A stretch of 64,000 bases of DNA. Source: Candidatus Anderseniibacteriota bacterium (GTDB lineage: Bacteria; Patescibacteriota; Andersenbacteria; UBA10190). A program made the position numbers and the translations under genes. A model generated the notes under the pieces. It was not told the origin of the DNA. It did no database searches and saw nothing but the letters and a program-made list of their open reading frames with translations. Each line of letters begins with the position of its first letter. Positions within the stretch are counted from its first letter, which is position 1. The DNA lies in assembly GCA_040876835.1 (NCBI GenBank), contig JBBDOX010000018.1, positions 82,396-146,395 on the forward strand. Direction: 5' to 3'. Shown here in pieces: positions 1-8,922 of the stretch.

Positions 1-504
1 AATCCACTGCGACAGTGTCAGCTGCGGTAGAAGGTGTTGACGCAAGGCTTCAAATAGTTGCTCTGCGGGAACGTCAATAAATTGCAGGATGCTTTGAACA
101 GGAGGGTATCGTAAGAGCTGGGCTACTACAGTCTCGAGTGGTAGATCTTTGTCCGTTCCGCCTCCTATAACCTCAATGGCGTCCCAGCTCAATACATCGC
201 CGATATTTACAATATTTGTATCGGGTTGAAGTATTTCAGATACCGTATGGGGCGGGTCCTCGTGCAAAAGTGATGTGTTGCCATAGACATACACCAGCCA
301 AACCCCTGATGCCAACCCCCACAGGATATATCCCACCCCAAGTAACGTGGGGGATGTTATCCCAAACATAAAAAACCCTAATCCTCCAAGTGTAAATAGT
401 ATTCCCAGAATCACCACCAATGGAGCCCGCAACGTAACGTTTAATACGTAAGAGCGATATCGGCTTCGAGTATCGACGTGTAAGGATGTACTATCCAGCT
501 TCAT
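1..504 (-). CDS. Hypothetical membrane-associated protein, partial. The gene continues beyond the window start.
   Basis: Open frame on the minus strand from the ATG at 504 to the window edge. Its start overlaps the upstream stop (ATGA). An N-terminal hydrophobic segment is present. It is absent from the ORF track because it is incomplete. Confidence 0.4.
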   Translation of the reverse strand, partial: MKLDSTSLHVDTRSRYRSYVLNVTLRAPLVVILGILFTLGGLGFFMFGITSPTLLGVGYILWGLASGVWLVYVYGNTSLLHEDPPHTVSEILQPDTNIVNIGDVLSWDAIEVIGGGTDKDLPLETVVAQLLRYPPVQSILQFIDVPAEQLFEALRQHLLPQLTLSQWI

Positions 505-878
505 ATTCCGCTCCCCATGACAATACCTCCAGCGATAATAAAGACGAGAGGAATAATCGGCCATAACAGAAAGAACACTATGGTCGCAAAGCTTGATAGA
601 AAGAGAAAAATAGTGGAAAACATCCAGGCAATTAACGCCGCTGTGCGTATAATCATGCCGATCGCCCGAGAAATCTGGTTAAGGGCAAAAGTAGTGAGAT
701 GTTGCGTCAGTGACCCGCCACTATAGGGTAATACGTCGCGATGCCAGTGAGAGAAGAAGGTCTTAAGCATGATTGTGACAGAAAATAGCCGGAAGTTTGC
801 TCGCTGCAGATTCCATGCAAATTCAAGCAACCATGTCGGACCATACCAAAATTGCCAGGCTACGTACCCTCCTTTCAT
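501..878 (-). CDS. Hypothetical polytopic membrane protein (125 aa).
   Basis: ORF-track protein with several hydrophobic helices. It lies immediately downstream of rplL and is translationally coupled (ATGA) to the next minus-strand ORF. Confidence 0.5.
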   Translation of the reverse strand: MKGGYVAWQFWYGPTWLLEFAWNLQRANFRLFSVTIMLKTFFSHWHRDVLPYSGGSLTQHLTTFALNQISRAIGMIIRTAALIAWMFSTIFLFLSSFATIVFFLLWPIIPLVFIIAGGIVMGSGI

Positions 879-957
879 GATTGTTAGTATAGCATGCTAA
901 AACAAAACTCGGCCCTTCTTAAACGGAGCCGAGTTTTGATACTTAACAAGTAGTGAA

Positions 958-1383
958 TTATTTGAGTTCCACTTTTCCGCCAGCTTCTTCAAGCTTTTTC
1001 TTAAGCTCTTCTGCTTCTTCTTTTGGTACATTCTCCTTAATTGTTGCTGGAGCTTTATCAACCACGGCTTTGGCGTCCTTTAAGCCTAACCCGGTTACCT
1101 CACGGACTGCCTTGATTACGGCAATCTTCTGCGGTCCGGCATCAGTGAGTTCAACTGTGAAGGAAGTCTTTTCTGCTGCCGCGCTTGCTTCACCGCCAGC
1201 AGGCGCTGCTGCGGCTACTGCTACTGGAGCAGCTGCGGATACGCCGAACTTGTCCTCCAGAACTTTGACGAGTTCTGATAGTTCAAGCACAGACATTTCT
1301 TCGATCTGTTTTACCAGATCCTGGAACTTTGCAGGCACTTCCACTTGTTTTTGTTCATCCTGCTTTGTTTCTTCTGCAACCAT
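958..1383 (-). CDS. rplL: 50S ribosomal protein L7/L12.
   Basis: Ala-rich hinge and a C-terminal domain ending ...[13 protein letters not shown]. The length and gene context (downstream of rplJ) fit. Confidence 0.95.
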   Translation of the reverse strand: MVAEETKQDEQKQVEVPAKFQDLVKQIEEMSVLELSELVKVLEDKFGVSAAAPVAVAAAAPAGGEASAAAEKTSFTVELTDAGPQKIAVIKAVREVTGLGLKDAKAVVDKAPATIKENVPKEEAEELKKKLEEAGGKVELK

Positions 1384-1405
1384 AGATATGTAATTAATTT
1401 AATAC

Positions 1406-1933
1406 TTAAGCGTTTTGCTGCTTCTGGTCGGCAATTGCCTGCAGCACGTACACCGTTTGTCGCTGTACGCCAGAGAGCACTCGCGCGAAGCTGCTGATTG
1501 GCGCTGCTAATGTGCCTACCAGGTGACCAAGTAGCTCCTGACGGCCTGGTAGGGCTGCTAGAGCTGCTACCTGTTCCAAGGAGATAACGTTCCCCTCTAA
1601 GACACCGCCACGCATCTGGACAGTCTCGCGTCCCTTGGCAAAAGCGCTGAGCACTTTTGCAGGCGCCACAGGATCTGGACCCCAAATGATGGCCACCTGT
1701 CCTTCATAAACAGTTGGATCAAATTCGAGGCTAGCCTGCTGCATTACGATTCGCAGAAGGCGCTTGGGCACAACATGCATTGAGCAGCCTTCTTCAAACA
1801 GCTTGTCCCGCAAGTCATTCACGTCAGGCAGAGACAATCCGTTGTATGTCATAAACACAACGGCTGTCGCACCGGCGACGTGCTTTCCTACGAGCTCTAC
1901 TCTTTCCTCTTTTTGTTGTCGTGTAAGACTCAT
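1406..1933 (-). CDS. rplJ: 50S ribosomal protein L10.
   Basis: 175-aa protein with an L10-like N-terminus (MSLTRQQKEERVELV...). It lies directly upstream of rplL. Confidence 0.95.
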   Translation of the reverse strand: MSLTRQQKEERVELVGKHVAGATAVVFMTYNGLSLPDVNDLRDKLFEEGCSMHVVPKRLLRIVMQQASLEFDPTVYEGQVAIIWGPDPVAPAKVLSAFAKGRETVQMRGGVLEGNVISLEQVAALAALPGRQELLGHLVGTLAAPISSFARVLSGVQRQTVYVLQAIADQKQQNA

Positions 1934-1980
1934 GTGAAAGTCTGTAAGTTTAGTAATTCGTAATCATATTCCCCGTCTTT

Positions 1981-2013
1981 TTCGACCAAAAAACGGGCTT
2001 GCCACCCGTTTGA
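1981..2013 (-). terminator. Hairpin plus U-tract in the rplJ leader: a possible attenuator or upstream terminator.
   Basis: Read on the minus strand the sequence is AAACGGG-TGGCAAG-CCCGTTT followed by TTT, a 7-bp stem then a T-run, about 50 nt upstream of the rplJ start. Confidence 0.35.
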
Positions 2014-2191
2014 ACATAAAAACAGCATATTGCTGCCTTCCTGCCAGGGTCTTATGGAATGCCCTGGGTCTTGGGATGACTGAATGTATATATGACATAT
2101 AATAGCCGTAAGCGCAAACTTGACTGTCCGACGTCTATACTGCATTACAAAGAAGAGCTGCACCTTTCCCCTCCCGAGAAGGAGCAATGCC

Positions 2192-2506
2192 ATGTCGAAT
2201 CTGACTGCGGAGCAGTTGGTGGAGACGAACAGCTTCCTCGTCTATGCACCAGAGCGCTTGATTCTGTTTCGGTGCAGGCCACGCCCGGAAGAGGGTCTCT
2301 CCCCGAGGATCGACGCGTTTGAAGACTGTGACGAAGATAAGGTCTCCGCCCTCACGCTGGAGTTGCTCAACCCCGAAAAAGAGCAGATCGTTTACTGGCG
2401 TGAGCAGGAGACTGAAAACGGTCTGCGTCTTTACACGTACGACGAGTCGCACACCGTACTCGCGGAGAAGGCTTTGTCCAAGATTCGCGAATACCTGCAG
2501 AAGTAA
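2192..2506 (+). CDS. Hypothetical protein (105 aa) in a GC-richer segment.
   Basis: A GAAGGAG ribosome-binding site sits 7 nt before the ATG at 2192. Local GC is visibly higher than the flanks. No family recognised. Confidence 0.5.
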   Translation: MSNLTAEQLVETNSFLVYAPERLILFRCRPRPEEGLSPRIDAFEDCDEDKVSALTLELLNPEKEQIVYWREQETENGLRLYTYDESHTVLAEKALSKIREYLQK

Positions 2507-2525
2507 CGTACTTCTGTTTTTTATT
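2498..2525 (+). terminator. Rho-independent terminator.
   Basis: CAGAAGTA-ACG-TACTTCTG forms an 8-bp hairpin followed by TTTTTTATT. It overlaps the stop codon of the 2192-2506 ORF. Confidence 0.6.
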
Positions 2526-3549
2526 GCAGATGCTTGGCTTTATTCACATTATGCTCGTCGTTTGTTCTGGAAAAAATTGTCTCACCACTGGGGGCTGATA
2601 GATAGTAATAGTATTCAGACTCCTGCGGTTCTACGGCGGCCATTAAGGCTCGCAAGCCCGGATTGCCGATCGGCCCGGGCGGCAGTCCGCGGAACCTGCG
2701 CGTGTTGTACGGCGAATCAACGGCCAGATTCTGCACCGTAAGCGGTGAATCCCACTGATCGAGAATGTACCGAATGGTAGCGTCCGCCCCTAGCCCCATT
2801 TCCTCATCGTTGCGCTTCCACAGTACACCTGAGACTAAAGCCATGTCATCATCGGATATGACTTCTCGTTCGATGATACTGGCCATAATGATAATTTCAT
2901 CGAGCGTGCGGTCCGCTGCTCGAGCTTTATCCGGCAGCTCCGCCTGCCGGACTCTTTGATCAAATGTTGCCAGCATGCGCTTAATAACATCTTCTGGGGT
3001 GTCATCAGGAAACACTTTATAGGTGTCCGGGAAGAGGTAGCCTTCCAGGGTTCGATTTGGCGGCATGTTGCCCAGGAAAGGAAACTCCTCAGCATAGGCC
3101 GCGGGGTCGCTGGCGGCTGCAAGAAAAGCTTCTTCAGTGCTGATTCCACGAGATGCGGTGCGGGCAGCAATTTGTTTCAGAGTAAATCCTTCCGGATATG
3201 TAATTGTGAGCTCATCCGGCTGGGTGTCCCCGGTAATGAACCGCCCTACAACCTCAGTAATTGGTTCTCCCTCCTCAAGGTAATATGTTCCGGCCTTAAT
3301 CTTACTGGCGGCATCTTGTTTCCAGCCGGCGTACTTCAGGGGAAGCGTCTGATTCACAAACTCTTCCTCTTCCAGTTTCTCCCACACCCGCTGAGCCGTC
3401 GCACCTGATTCAATAGTAAAAGCTTCTGTCTTTTGGATAGTAGAGTTGCCCCAGATCAAGGTAGCAAGCCCCCACACTATCAACAGCAGAGCACCAATAA
3501 CAACGATGACTGTGCCTGCAAAGCGATACGGATTTGTAATACTAATCAT
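2521..3549 (-). CDS. mltG: Endolytic murein transglycosylase MltG (YceG-like).
   Basis: N-terminal transmembrane helix followed by a YceG-like domain, including ...GLPPGPIGNPG... near the C-terminus. Confidence 0.85.
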   Translation of the reverse strand: MISITNPYRFAGTVIVVIGALLLIVWGLATLIWGNSTIQKTEAFTIESGATAQRVWEKLEEEEFVNQTLPLKYAGWKQDAASKIKAGTYYLEEGEPITEVVGRFITGDTQPDELTITYPEGFTLKQIAARTASRGISTEEAFLAAASDPAAYAEEFPFLGNMPPNRTLEGYLFPDTYKVFPDDTPEDVIKRMLATFDQRVRQAELPDKARAADRTLDEIIIMASIIEREVISDDDMALVSGVLWKRNDEEMGLGADATIRYILDQWDSPLTVQNLAVDSPYNTRRFRGLPPGPIGNPGLRALMAAVEPQESEYYYYLSAPSGETIFSRTNDEHNVNKAKHLQ

Positions 3550-3555
3550 TAAATC

Positions 3556-4623
3556 CTAAAGGAATTCACTTCTCTTTTCCTGTTCTAGTCTTTGTACAAC
3601 GTCTTTCACCTTGTGTGAAGAATCTTTGTGAGTCACCAGGATGGCGTCATCGGTCACTACTACAATGCAGTCTTTAACTCCCACTAACGACACAACTCGC
3701 TTGGTCGCGTTATACACATAGTTATCATTCGCATCAACGTGAATGTGATGTCCGGCTGGCATATGGTCACCCTGCACACCGAAGACGTCTTTAACCGCGC
3801 CCCAGCTGCCCACATCGCTCCAGCCGTAGTCGCCGGTTACGGCAATAATGTTGGGGGTTTTTTCCAGTAACGCATAGTCGATCGAGATTTTCTCGCACTG
3901 ACCATAGGCCTTAGCAAAAGCTTTCGTATCATCCCCGGCCAAAGCTTCTCGACAGACTTCGATCTGCTTCATCAGGTCCGGATTGTATGCCCTAAGTTGC
4001 TCCAGTAAAAATGATGGTCGTACGCTGATGTATGCCATGTTCCAGAAATACTTGCCGGAGATGACGTATTCTTCAGCCGTCTTCTTATCCGGCTTTTCCT
4101 TAAACGCTGCCACCTTGTATACATCGCTGTGTCCTTCGATTTTTTCTCCAACCTCTAGATATCCCAATCCCGTTTCCGGAAATGTGGGGGTGTGTCCGAC
4201 AATTACTACCGCTTCCGGATTCGCTGCGAGGATATCAGGGATTTTTTGAAGATCAGCTAGCAGTTCTGTTTCGTTGGTAAACACATGGTCAGACCACATG
4301 AAGATAGTGGGTTCATCTCCTTTTCCACGCTCCTGTAGTGTTACGGCCGCGGCAGCAAAGGCGGGGCCTGTGTCCCGGCGCTCCGGTTCGAACATCATGT
4401 TGGCTGTTTTTGTTTCAGGCAGCAGCTGTTTAATTTGCTCCGCGTATTCCTGCGTAGTGGCCACAAAGATGTTTTCAATCTCTGCCAGCTGCTTTGCCCG
4501 CTCCCATGTCTCCTCGAGTAATGTCTTACCTGAACCCAAATCTAAAAACTGCTTGGGTTTGCTCTGGCGAGACAGCGGCCACAAGCGCGACCCACCCCCA
4601 CCTGCCATAATGACAACATTCAT
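3556..4623 (-). CDS. Mannose-1-phosphate guanylyltransferase / NDP-sugar pyrophosphorylase.
   Basis: N-terminal VIMAGGGGSRLWPLS nucleotidyltransferase motif. The probable start is the ATG at 4623, not the longer ORF-track start. Confidence 0.8.
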   Translation of the reverse strand: MNVVIMAGGGGSRLWPLSRQSKPKQFLDLGSGKTLLEETWERAKQLAEIENIFVATTQEYAEQIKQLLPETKTANMMFEPERRDTGPAFAAAAVTLQERGKGDEPTIFMWSDHVFTNETELLADLQKIPDILAANPEAVVIVGHTPTFPETGLGYLEVGEKIEGHSDVYKVAAFKEKPDKKTAEEYVISGKYFWNMAYISVRPSFLLEQLRAYNPDLMKQIEVCREALAGDDTKAFAKAYGQCEKISIDYALLEKTPNIIAVTGDYGWSDVGSWGAVKDVFGVQGDHMPAGHHIHVDANDNYVYNATKRVVSLVGVKDCIVVVTDDAILVTHKDSSHKVKDVVQRLEQEKRSEFL

Positions 4624-4959
4624 GTAATAGAGAATACGCAAGCTCTGCGGGAGAATCAAGGATGGACGGCTATTAGTTGTGTTAGTACAGTGCCGACGTG
4701 ATTGCCACCGTTATCTTCGACCTCGGCAATACACGACCCAGCTGAGTTAACAGCTTTTACTGCTGATGCTGTTCGCGTACCTGTTTCTCGATACTCTGAA
4801 GCCGTTGCTCCGTACTGGAACGACTTCCAGCGGGGGATGATCAAAGAGGTGGCCCTGTGGTAGCAAATAGCTAAGGAATTAGGAGTCTCTATCCTTCACC
4901 CCGAACAAGCAATTGCCGCTATCAAAACCCTGCTCAATTCCTGATATACTAACGGCATT

Positions 4960-6402
4960 ATGAGTATCGCCGCTCGCAGCCTTCATGGAGTGGGTGTTTG
5001 TCTTATCCCTCGGGAGGAAAACGCTTATAAGCCATTGGCTCTCCGTCATAAGCCGCTGGCCTTTGTGTCGGCATTGTTAATTTTAATGAAAGTTGCTGCC
5101 CTGGGAGTCATCGCTCTCACCCCTTCCCAGGCCGAGCTTTCCTCAATTACTACCGCCCGCGTTATCCAGTTCACTAATGCCGAACGCACTAAAGCAGGGC
5201 TTCCACCCCTCACGGCTAACGCCCAACTTTCAGCAGCGGCCAAGGAAAAAGGTGAGCACATGTTAGCTGAGGACTACTTCGCCCACATCTCCCCTTCCGG
5301 CGTCACTCCGTGGTATTGGATCCAGAAGCATGGCTATGTCTATCAGGTGGCCGGAGAGAACCTGGCAATTGATTTTACGGAAGCTGAAGATGTGGTGGCA
5401 GCCTGGATGGCTAGTCCGTCACACAAGGATAATATTCTGCATTCGGCATACACCGAAACGGGGGTAGCTGTTGTGAGTGGCGAATTTCAGGGTGGCACCT
5501 CTATTATCGTGGTTCATATGTTCGGCAAACCTTCTGGCGGACAAGTGGCGGCCCAGCTTTCTTCTCCTACTCCAACCCCTACTCCTGTACCGGCAGCCGC
5601 CCCTGTCAACAGTCCTACAGTAGCTCCTACCCCCACGCCCTCGCCTACTCCGCTACCTACGCCAGTCCCGGACACCAACCCCCCACGGGTGCCCCGCATT
5701 GCCTACAATGGTCAAAACACCACCGTGGGTAATCAGGCTACTTTCCTTCTGGAAGGAGAGCCTAATTCGACTGTTCATGTGCTTATTAACAGTCAACTAC
5801 GTGATAGCGTAACGGTTTCAGCGGAAGGTACTGTGACCAGAGAGCTTAATCTATCCAACCTGCCTGACGGAACCGTTGTGCTGCGGGTATACAGCAGCGA
5901 CAGCGCTGGTAATAAAAGCAGTTTGTCAGACCCCTTCACTGTCACTAAGGATACTTCAGGCCCTGAAGTATCAGCTGACCAGGTGCGGCTGGTTATCGCC
6001 CCCCAGTTCGATACTGTCTCAGCCACGCTGCTGCCGTTCCAGGAATCCTTCACTGCCGCTCGTCTAGCGCACGGGAGTACGGAAGTATCGCTTGCTTCGT
6101 CTCCGACGCTCCTGTCGATACACGATCCGGCCATCGTCCACGTGTCTGACGAGAGCGGCAACGAGACTACACTGGAGCTGCCGCTGCTCATCCCGCAGTT
6201 TGAATTTGATTTTAAAGATAGTGAGCTTAAAGCTCCAGCGCGGTTTAGTCGCCTCACTCGAAATATGACTGCCGCCATATTTATCACCACCTTCATTCTC
6301 TTAATTGTCGCTGTTCTGATCCGAGTTCGGATCCAACATCCCGCTTTAATTACTCATGCCTCTTTTGTAGTACTCCTTGCAGCAGCACTCTTTCTGGTGT
6401 AG
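4960..6402 (+). CDS. Surface protein with an N-terminal CAP/SCP (YkwD-like) domain, a Pro/Thr-rich linker, an Ig-like domain and a C-terminal transmembrane anchor.
   Basis: CAP-like segment ...FTNAERTKAGLPPL...HKDNILHSAYTETGVAV. This is followed by a PTPTPTPVP linker and a hydrophobic C-terminus. Confidence 0.6.
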   Translation: MSIAARSLHGVGVCLIPREENAYKPLALRHKPLAFVSALLILMKVAALGVIALTPSQAELSSITTARVIQFTNAERTKAGLPPLTANAQLSAAAKEKGEHMLAEDYFAHISPSGVTPWYWIQKHGYVYQVAGENLAIDFTEAEDVVAAWMASPSHKDNILHSAYTETGVAVVSGEFQGGTSIIVVHMFGKPSGGQVAAQLSSPTPTPTPVPAAAPVNSPTVAPTPTPSPTPLPTPVPDTNPPRVPRIAYNGQNTTVGNQATFLLEGEPNSTVHVLINSQLRDSVTVSAEGTVTRELNLSNLPDGTVVLRVYSSDSAGNKSSLSDPFTVTKDTSGPEVSADQVRLVIAPQFDTVSATLLPFQESFTAARLAHGSTEVSLASSPTLLSIHDPAIVHVSDESGNETTLELPLLIPQFEFDFKDSELKAPARFSRLTRNMTAAIFITTFILLIVAVLIRVRIQHPALITHASFVVLLAAALFLV

Positions 6403-6420
6403 GCAGTGGAAAAGTAAAAA

Positions 6421-6450
6421 TTGAGTATTTTGGGCCTATAATGGTAGAAT
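6421..6450 (+). promoter_or_regulatory. Candidate sigma70-type promoter for the histone-like gene.
   Basis: TTGAGT, an 18-nt spacer, then TAGAAT. A TATAAT also overlaps the spacer. A strong ribosome-binding site TAAGGAGGTG follows at 6490-6499. Confidence 0.3.
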
Positions 6451-6506
6451 TGCCCCGATGTGGAAACATCCTTTAAATTTCACTAAATGGTAAGGAGGTG
6501 TTATCT

Positions 6507-6683
6507 ATGAGCGACATGGTTGTTGTAGCAAGTAAGGTTCGCGCTCATCTAAAAGAAAAGGGCGTGAAAATGTCCGGAGAACTTCCAGACGCGTTAAACA
6601 AGAAAGTAATGCAGATGCTAGATGCAGCTGCTGAACGTGCACGAGCGAACAAGCGATCTACCGTAAAGCCACAAGACGCGTAA
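6507..6683 (+). CDS. Bacterial histone-fold protein, Bd0055-like singlet histone.
   Basis: 58-aa MSDMVVVASKVRAHLKEKG...ERARANKRSTVKPQDA. The VVV-SKV-LKEKG start and A-R-x-x-x-R-x-T-V-x-x-x-D end match the HMfB/Bd0055 histone fold (alpha1 through alpha3). The ribosome-binding site is strong. Confidence 0.7.
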   Translation: MSDMVVVASKVRAHLKEKGVKMSGELPDALNKKVMQMLDAAAERARANKRSTVKPQDA

Positions 6684-6706
6684 CGTTTTACTTGTCTTTT
6701 GATTCA

Positions 6707-6744
6707 AATAACCGCTACCTTACACAGGAGCGGTTATTTGTATG
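6707..6744 (+). terminator. Rho-independent terminator after the histone-like gene.
   Basis: Perfect 10-bp hairpin AATAACCGCT (12-nt loop) AGCGGTTATT followed by TGTATG. Confidence 0.55.
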
Positions 6745-6998
6745 TACAGGGCTCTATGTGGCCGTATATGTTATCGTTCGAAAGGGGTGACTTCGATAAA
6801 ATAGGAGGAGGGAGATGGTGTTTGTAAGGAGGAAGAAGAGAAAAAACCGCTGGCCAGGAATAGGCCCCAGAATACTACGCCCAAGGCTATCAGACCGGCT
6901 AAAAACCACCACGGCGTCATGTTTGGTCCTTTCTCCATATCTAGTTGACAAAAGCTATAGCTGGTGCTATTATATCATGTTTTAGTAATGAGGTCAAT

Positions 6999-7835
6999 AT
7001 GCGTGAAAAGATTGAATCAATAGAATACGTCTCGGAAAACAGTGCGGCCTATCTCCCGACGGCTGCAGTTGTGCCTGCTCCGGTTCCGGACGCTATCCCA
7101 GTTGTCCCCACCCCCACACCGGCGGGAACCCCCTCTTCTCGTCCATCCGCTACGGTGTTTATCGGTACATTTGTGTCAGCCTTTATGCTGGCCTTCGGTA
7201 TTATTATAGGCGGACTGACTGTCGCTCCGGTTGTCGCCCATCTATTTGTCTATGCTGATCAGGACTATGCTCCTCAGCTACCGCTGAGTGAAGAGCGCGA
7301 TGAGAGCGTGTTTGATATTACAAAAAATCCGGGTAAGAGACTGTATCCGTCTCTTGGTGTCGTAGAGAATATTGAAAGCGGCAACTGGATCCGTATTCCA
7401 TCTCTTGATGTAAACGTACCGCTGGTGTTAAGTCCGACTCTGGAAGATGTTGATGTGCTTAAAACCCTCGACCACGGTGCAGCTCTGTACCCCAACGGTG
7501 TATTACCGGGGCGTCTAGGTAATACCTTCATTGCCGCTCACAGCACCGGGGAGCCTTGGAAGGGCCTGTATCGCTTCGCCTTCCTGCGCATTAATGAACT
7601 CGAACCAGGTAATGTTATTCACCTGGATTATGATGGTGCCCGCTACACGTATGCGGTGCAGGAAAAAGAAATTGTGATTCCTACCCCCGATTTTCTGGTT
7701 ATCTCTGACCGCCCCGTTCCTACTATGAGTTTGATGGCCTGCTGGCCTCTATGGTCAACCCAAAAGCGCATGCTGATCCATGCTGAGCTGCAAAACGTTA
7801 CTCAACTGACAAGTCCTCCGGCTAGTGTAAGCTAA
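6999..7835 (+). CDS. Sortase family transpeptidase.
   Basis: His motif NTFIAAHSTG, Cys motif MSLMACWP (TLxTC-like) and a conserved Arg (KRMLIHAEL), with an N-terminal membrane anchor. The internal start at 6999 is preferred over the ORF-track start. Confidence 0.8.
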   Translation: MREKIESIEYVSENSAAYLPTAAVVPAPVPDAIPVVPTPTPAGTPSSRPSATVFIGTFVSAFMLAFGIIIGGLTVAPVVAHLFVYADQDYAPQLPLSEERDESVFDITKNPGKRLYPSLGVVENIESGNWIRIPSLDVNVPLVLSPTLEDVDVLKTLDHGAALYPNGVLPGRLGNTFIAAHSTGEPWKGLYRFAFLRINELEPGNVIHLDYDGARYTYAVQEKEIVIPTPDFLVISDRPVPTMSLMACWPLWSTQKRMLIHAELQNVTQLTSPPASVS

Positions 7836-7840
7836 TTGCG

Positions 7841-8866
7841 CTATTTTCCCGTACCGGGTATTAAGGCCTGGTAGACATCCAGCAACGCAAATAGGAGAGC
7901 AATGATCAGGGGGCCCAGGAGAAAACCGATGGGACCGAAGAGGGCTAATCCGCCCAGTACGGATAACAGAATGAGCAGAGGATGAATATGCAGCCCCTGC
8001 TGGATAAATTTAGGACCTAAGAGATTATCAATGAGTCCTACTGCGACTATCGCCCAGATAGCGAGACCTATGGACTGCCCCACTGATCCGAAGGCAAAGA
8101 GATAGATGACTGCGGGGGTGCTTACAAGTGCCGTTCCCAAATTTGGTATGAGAGCAGCCACCGCGGCTATGCCTCCCCATAGCACAGGGTTGGGTACTCC
8201 AAATATTGCAAACCCGACGCCGGTAGAAAATCCCTGTAGGATCGCAATTAATAGTGATCCGCGCACAACGGACAGGACAGCCAGATGCAGCCTTGAGAAA
8301 ATATTCTGATCGTGTCTGTTTACAAGAGGGCTAAGCTCGACAATTTTTCGACGCAGGGCACGTCCGTCTTTAAACAAGTAGTACATAATGAGCACGCTCA
8401 AGAGGATTGTCACGATCGCTCCGACAGCGCTGCTAAATGCCGGCCCGATGTTATTCACCACCGCGCCTGAGATGCGCCGGATCATGCTTTGAATATCAAC
8501 TGTGCTAAGCCACTCTGCAATTGAGTCTCCGTAAGGCAGCGAGCGGACGCTTTGAAGCGTTTCTGAAACCGTAGGTGTTCCGCCGAGCGAAGTATACAGA
8601 TGCGCCGCTTCTCGAACGAGCAGAAAACCGAAAAACAGTACCGGGGTAAAGATGATTACTACCACCCCTGTAGAGGTAATTAATGACGCCAAGCTTTCAT
8701 TCGGAATTAGTTGACGGACTTTGCGGTACGCTGGCCTGAACAGTACCGCCAGTGTGCTTCCCAGTACAACTGCGCTTAAAAACGGCCAGAAAATATATGC
8801 TGCCAGCAGCAGCACCACGGTCAGCAGGATGATAAAGAAAACAATTTGGAGGTTATCGCGGTTCAT
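7841..8866 (-). CDS. AI-2E family transporter (PerM/YhhT-like).
   Basis: 341-aa polytopic membrane protein with the typical AI-2E N-terminus ...IFWPFLSAVVLGSTLAVLFRPAY. Confidence 0.8.
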   Translation of the reverse strand: MNRDNLQIVFFIILLTVVLLLAAYIFWPFLSAVVLGSTLAVLFRPAYRKVRQLIPNESLASLITSTGVVVIIFTPVLFFGFLLVREAAHLYTSLGGTPTVSETLQSVRSLPYGDSIAEWLSTVDIQSMIRRISGAVVNNIGPAFSSAVGAIVTILLSVLIMYYLFKDGRALRRKIVELSPLVNRHDQNIFSRLHLAVLSVVRGSLLIAILQGFSTGVGFAIFGVPNPVLWGGIAAVAALIPNLGTALVSTPAVIYLFAFGSVGQSIGLAIWAIVAVGLIDNLLGPKFIQQGLHIHPLLILLSVLGGLALFGPIGFLLGPLIIALLFALLDVYQALIPGTGK

Positions 8867-8922
8867 ACTGTATAGCCTATATATCCTCTAACTAATTGTC
8901 TATCGCATGATACAGTGAAAAT

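Noticed and set aside
953-1933. Several ORF-track ORFs overlapping rplL/rplJ on either strand (953-1393 +, 1311-1685 -, 1930-2193 -).
   Set aside because: They overlap unambiguous ribosomal protein genes, are low-complexity Ala/Ser-rich or have no ribosome-binding site. Frame artefacts.
4624-4959. 336-nt intergenic region upstream of manC and the CAP-domain gene, examined for a structured ncRNA or small ORF.
   Set aside because: Only a 24-codon ORF with no ribosome-binding site and no convincing conserved stem-loop architecture could be seen. Probably a divergent promoter region. Unsupported.
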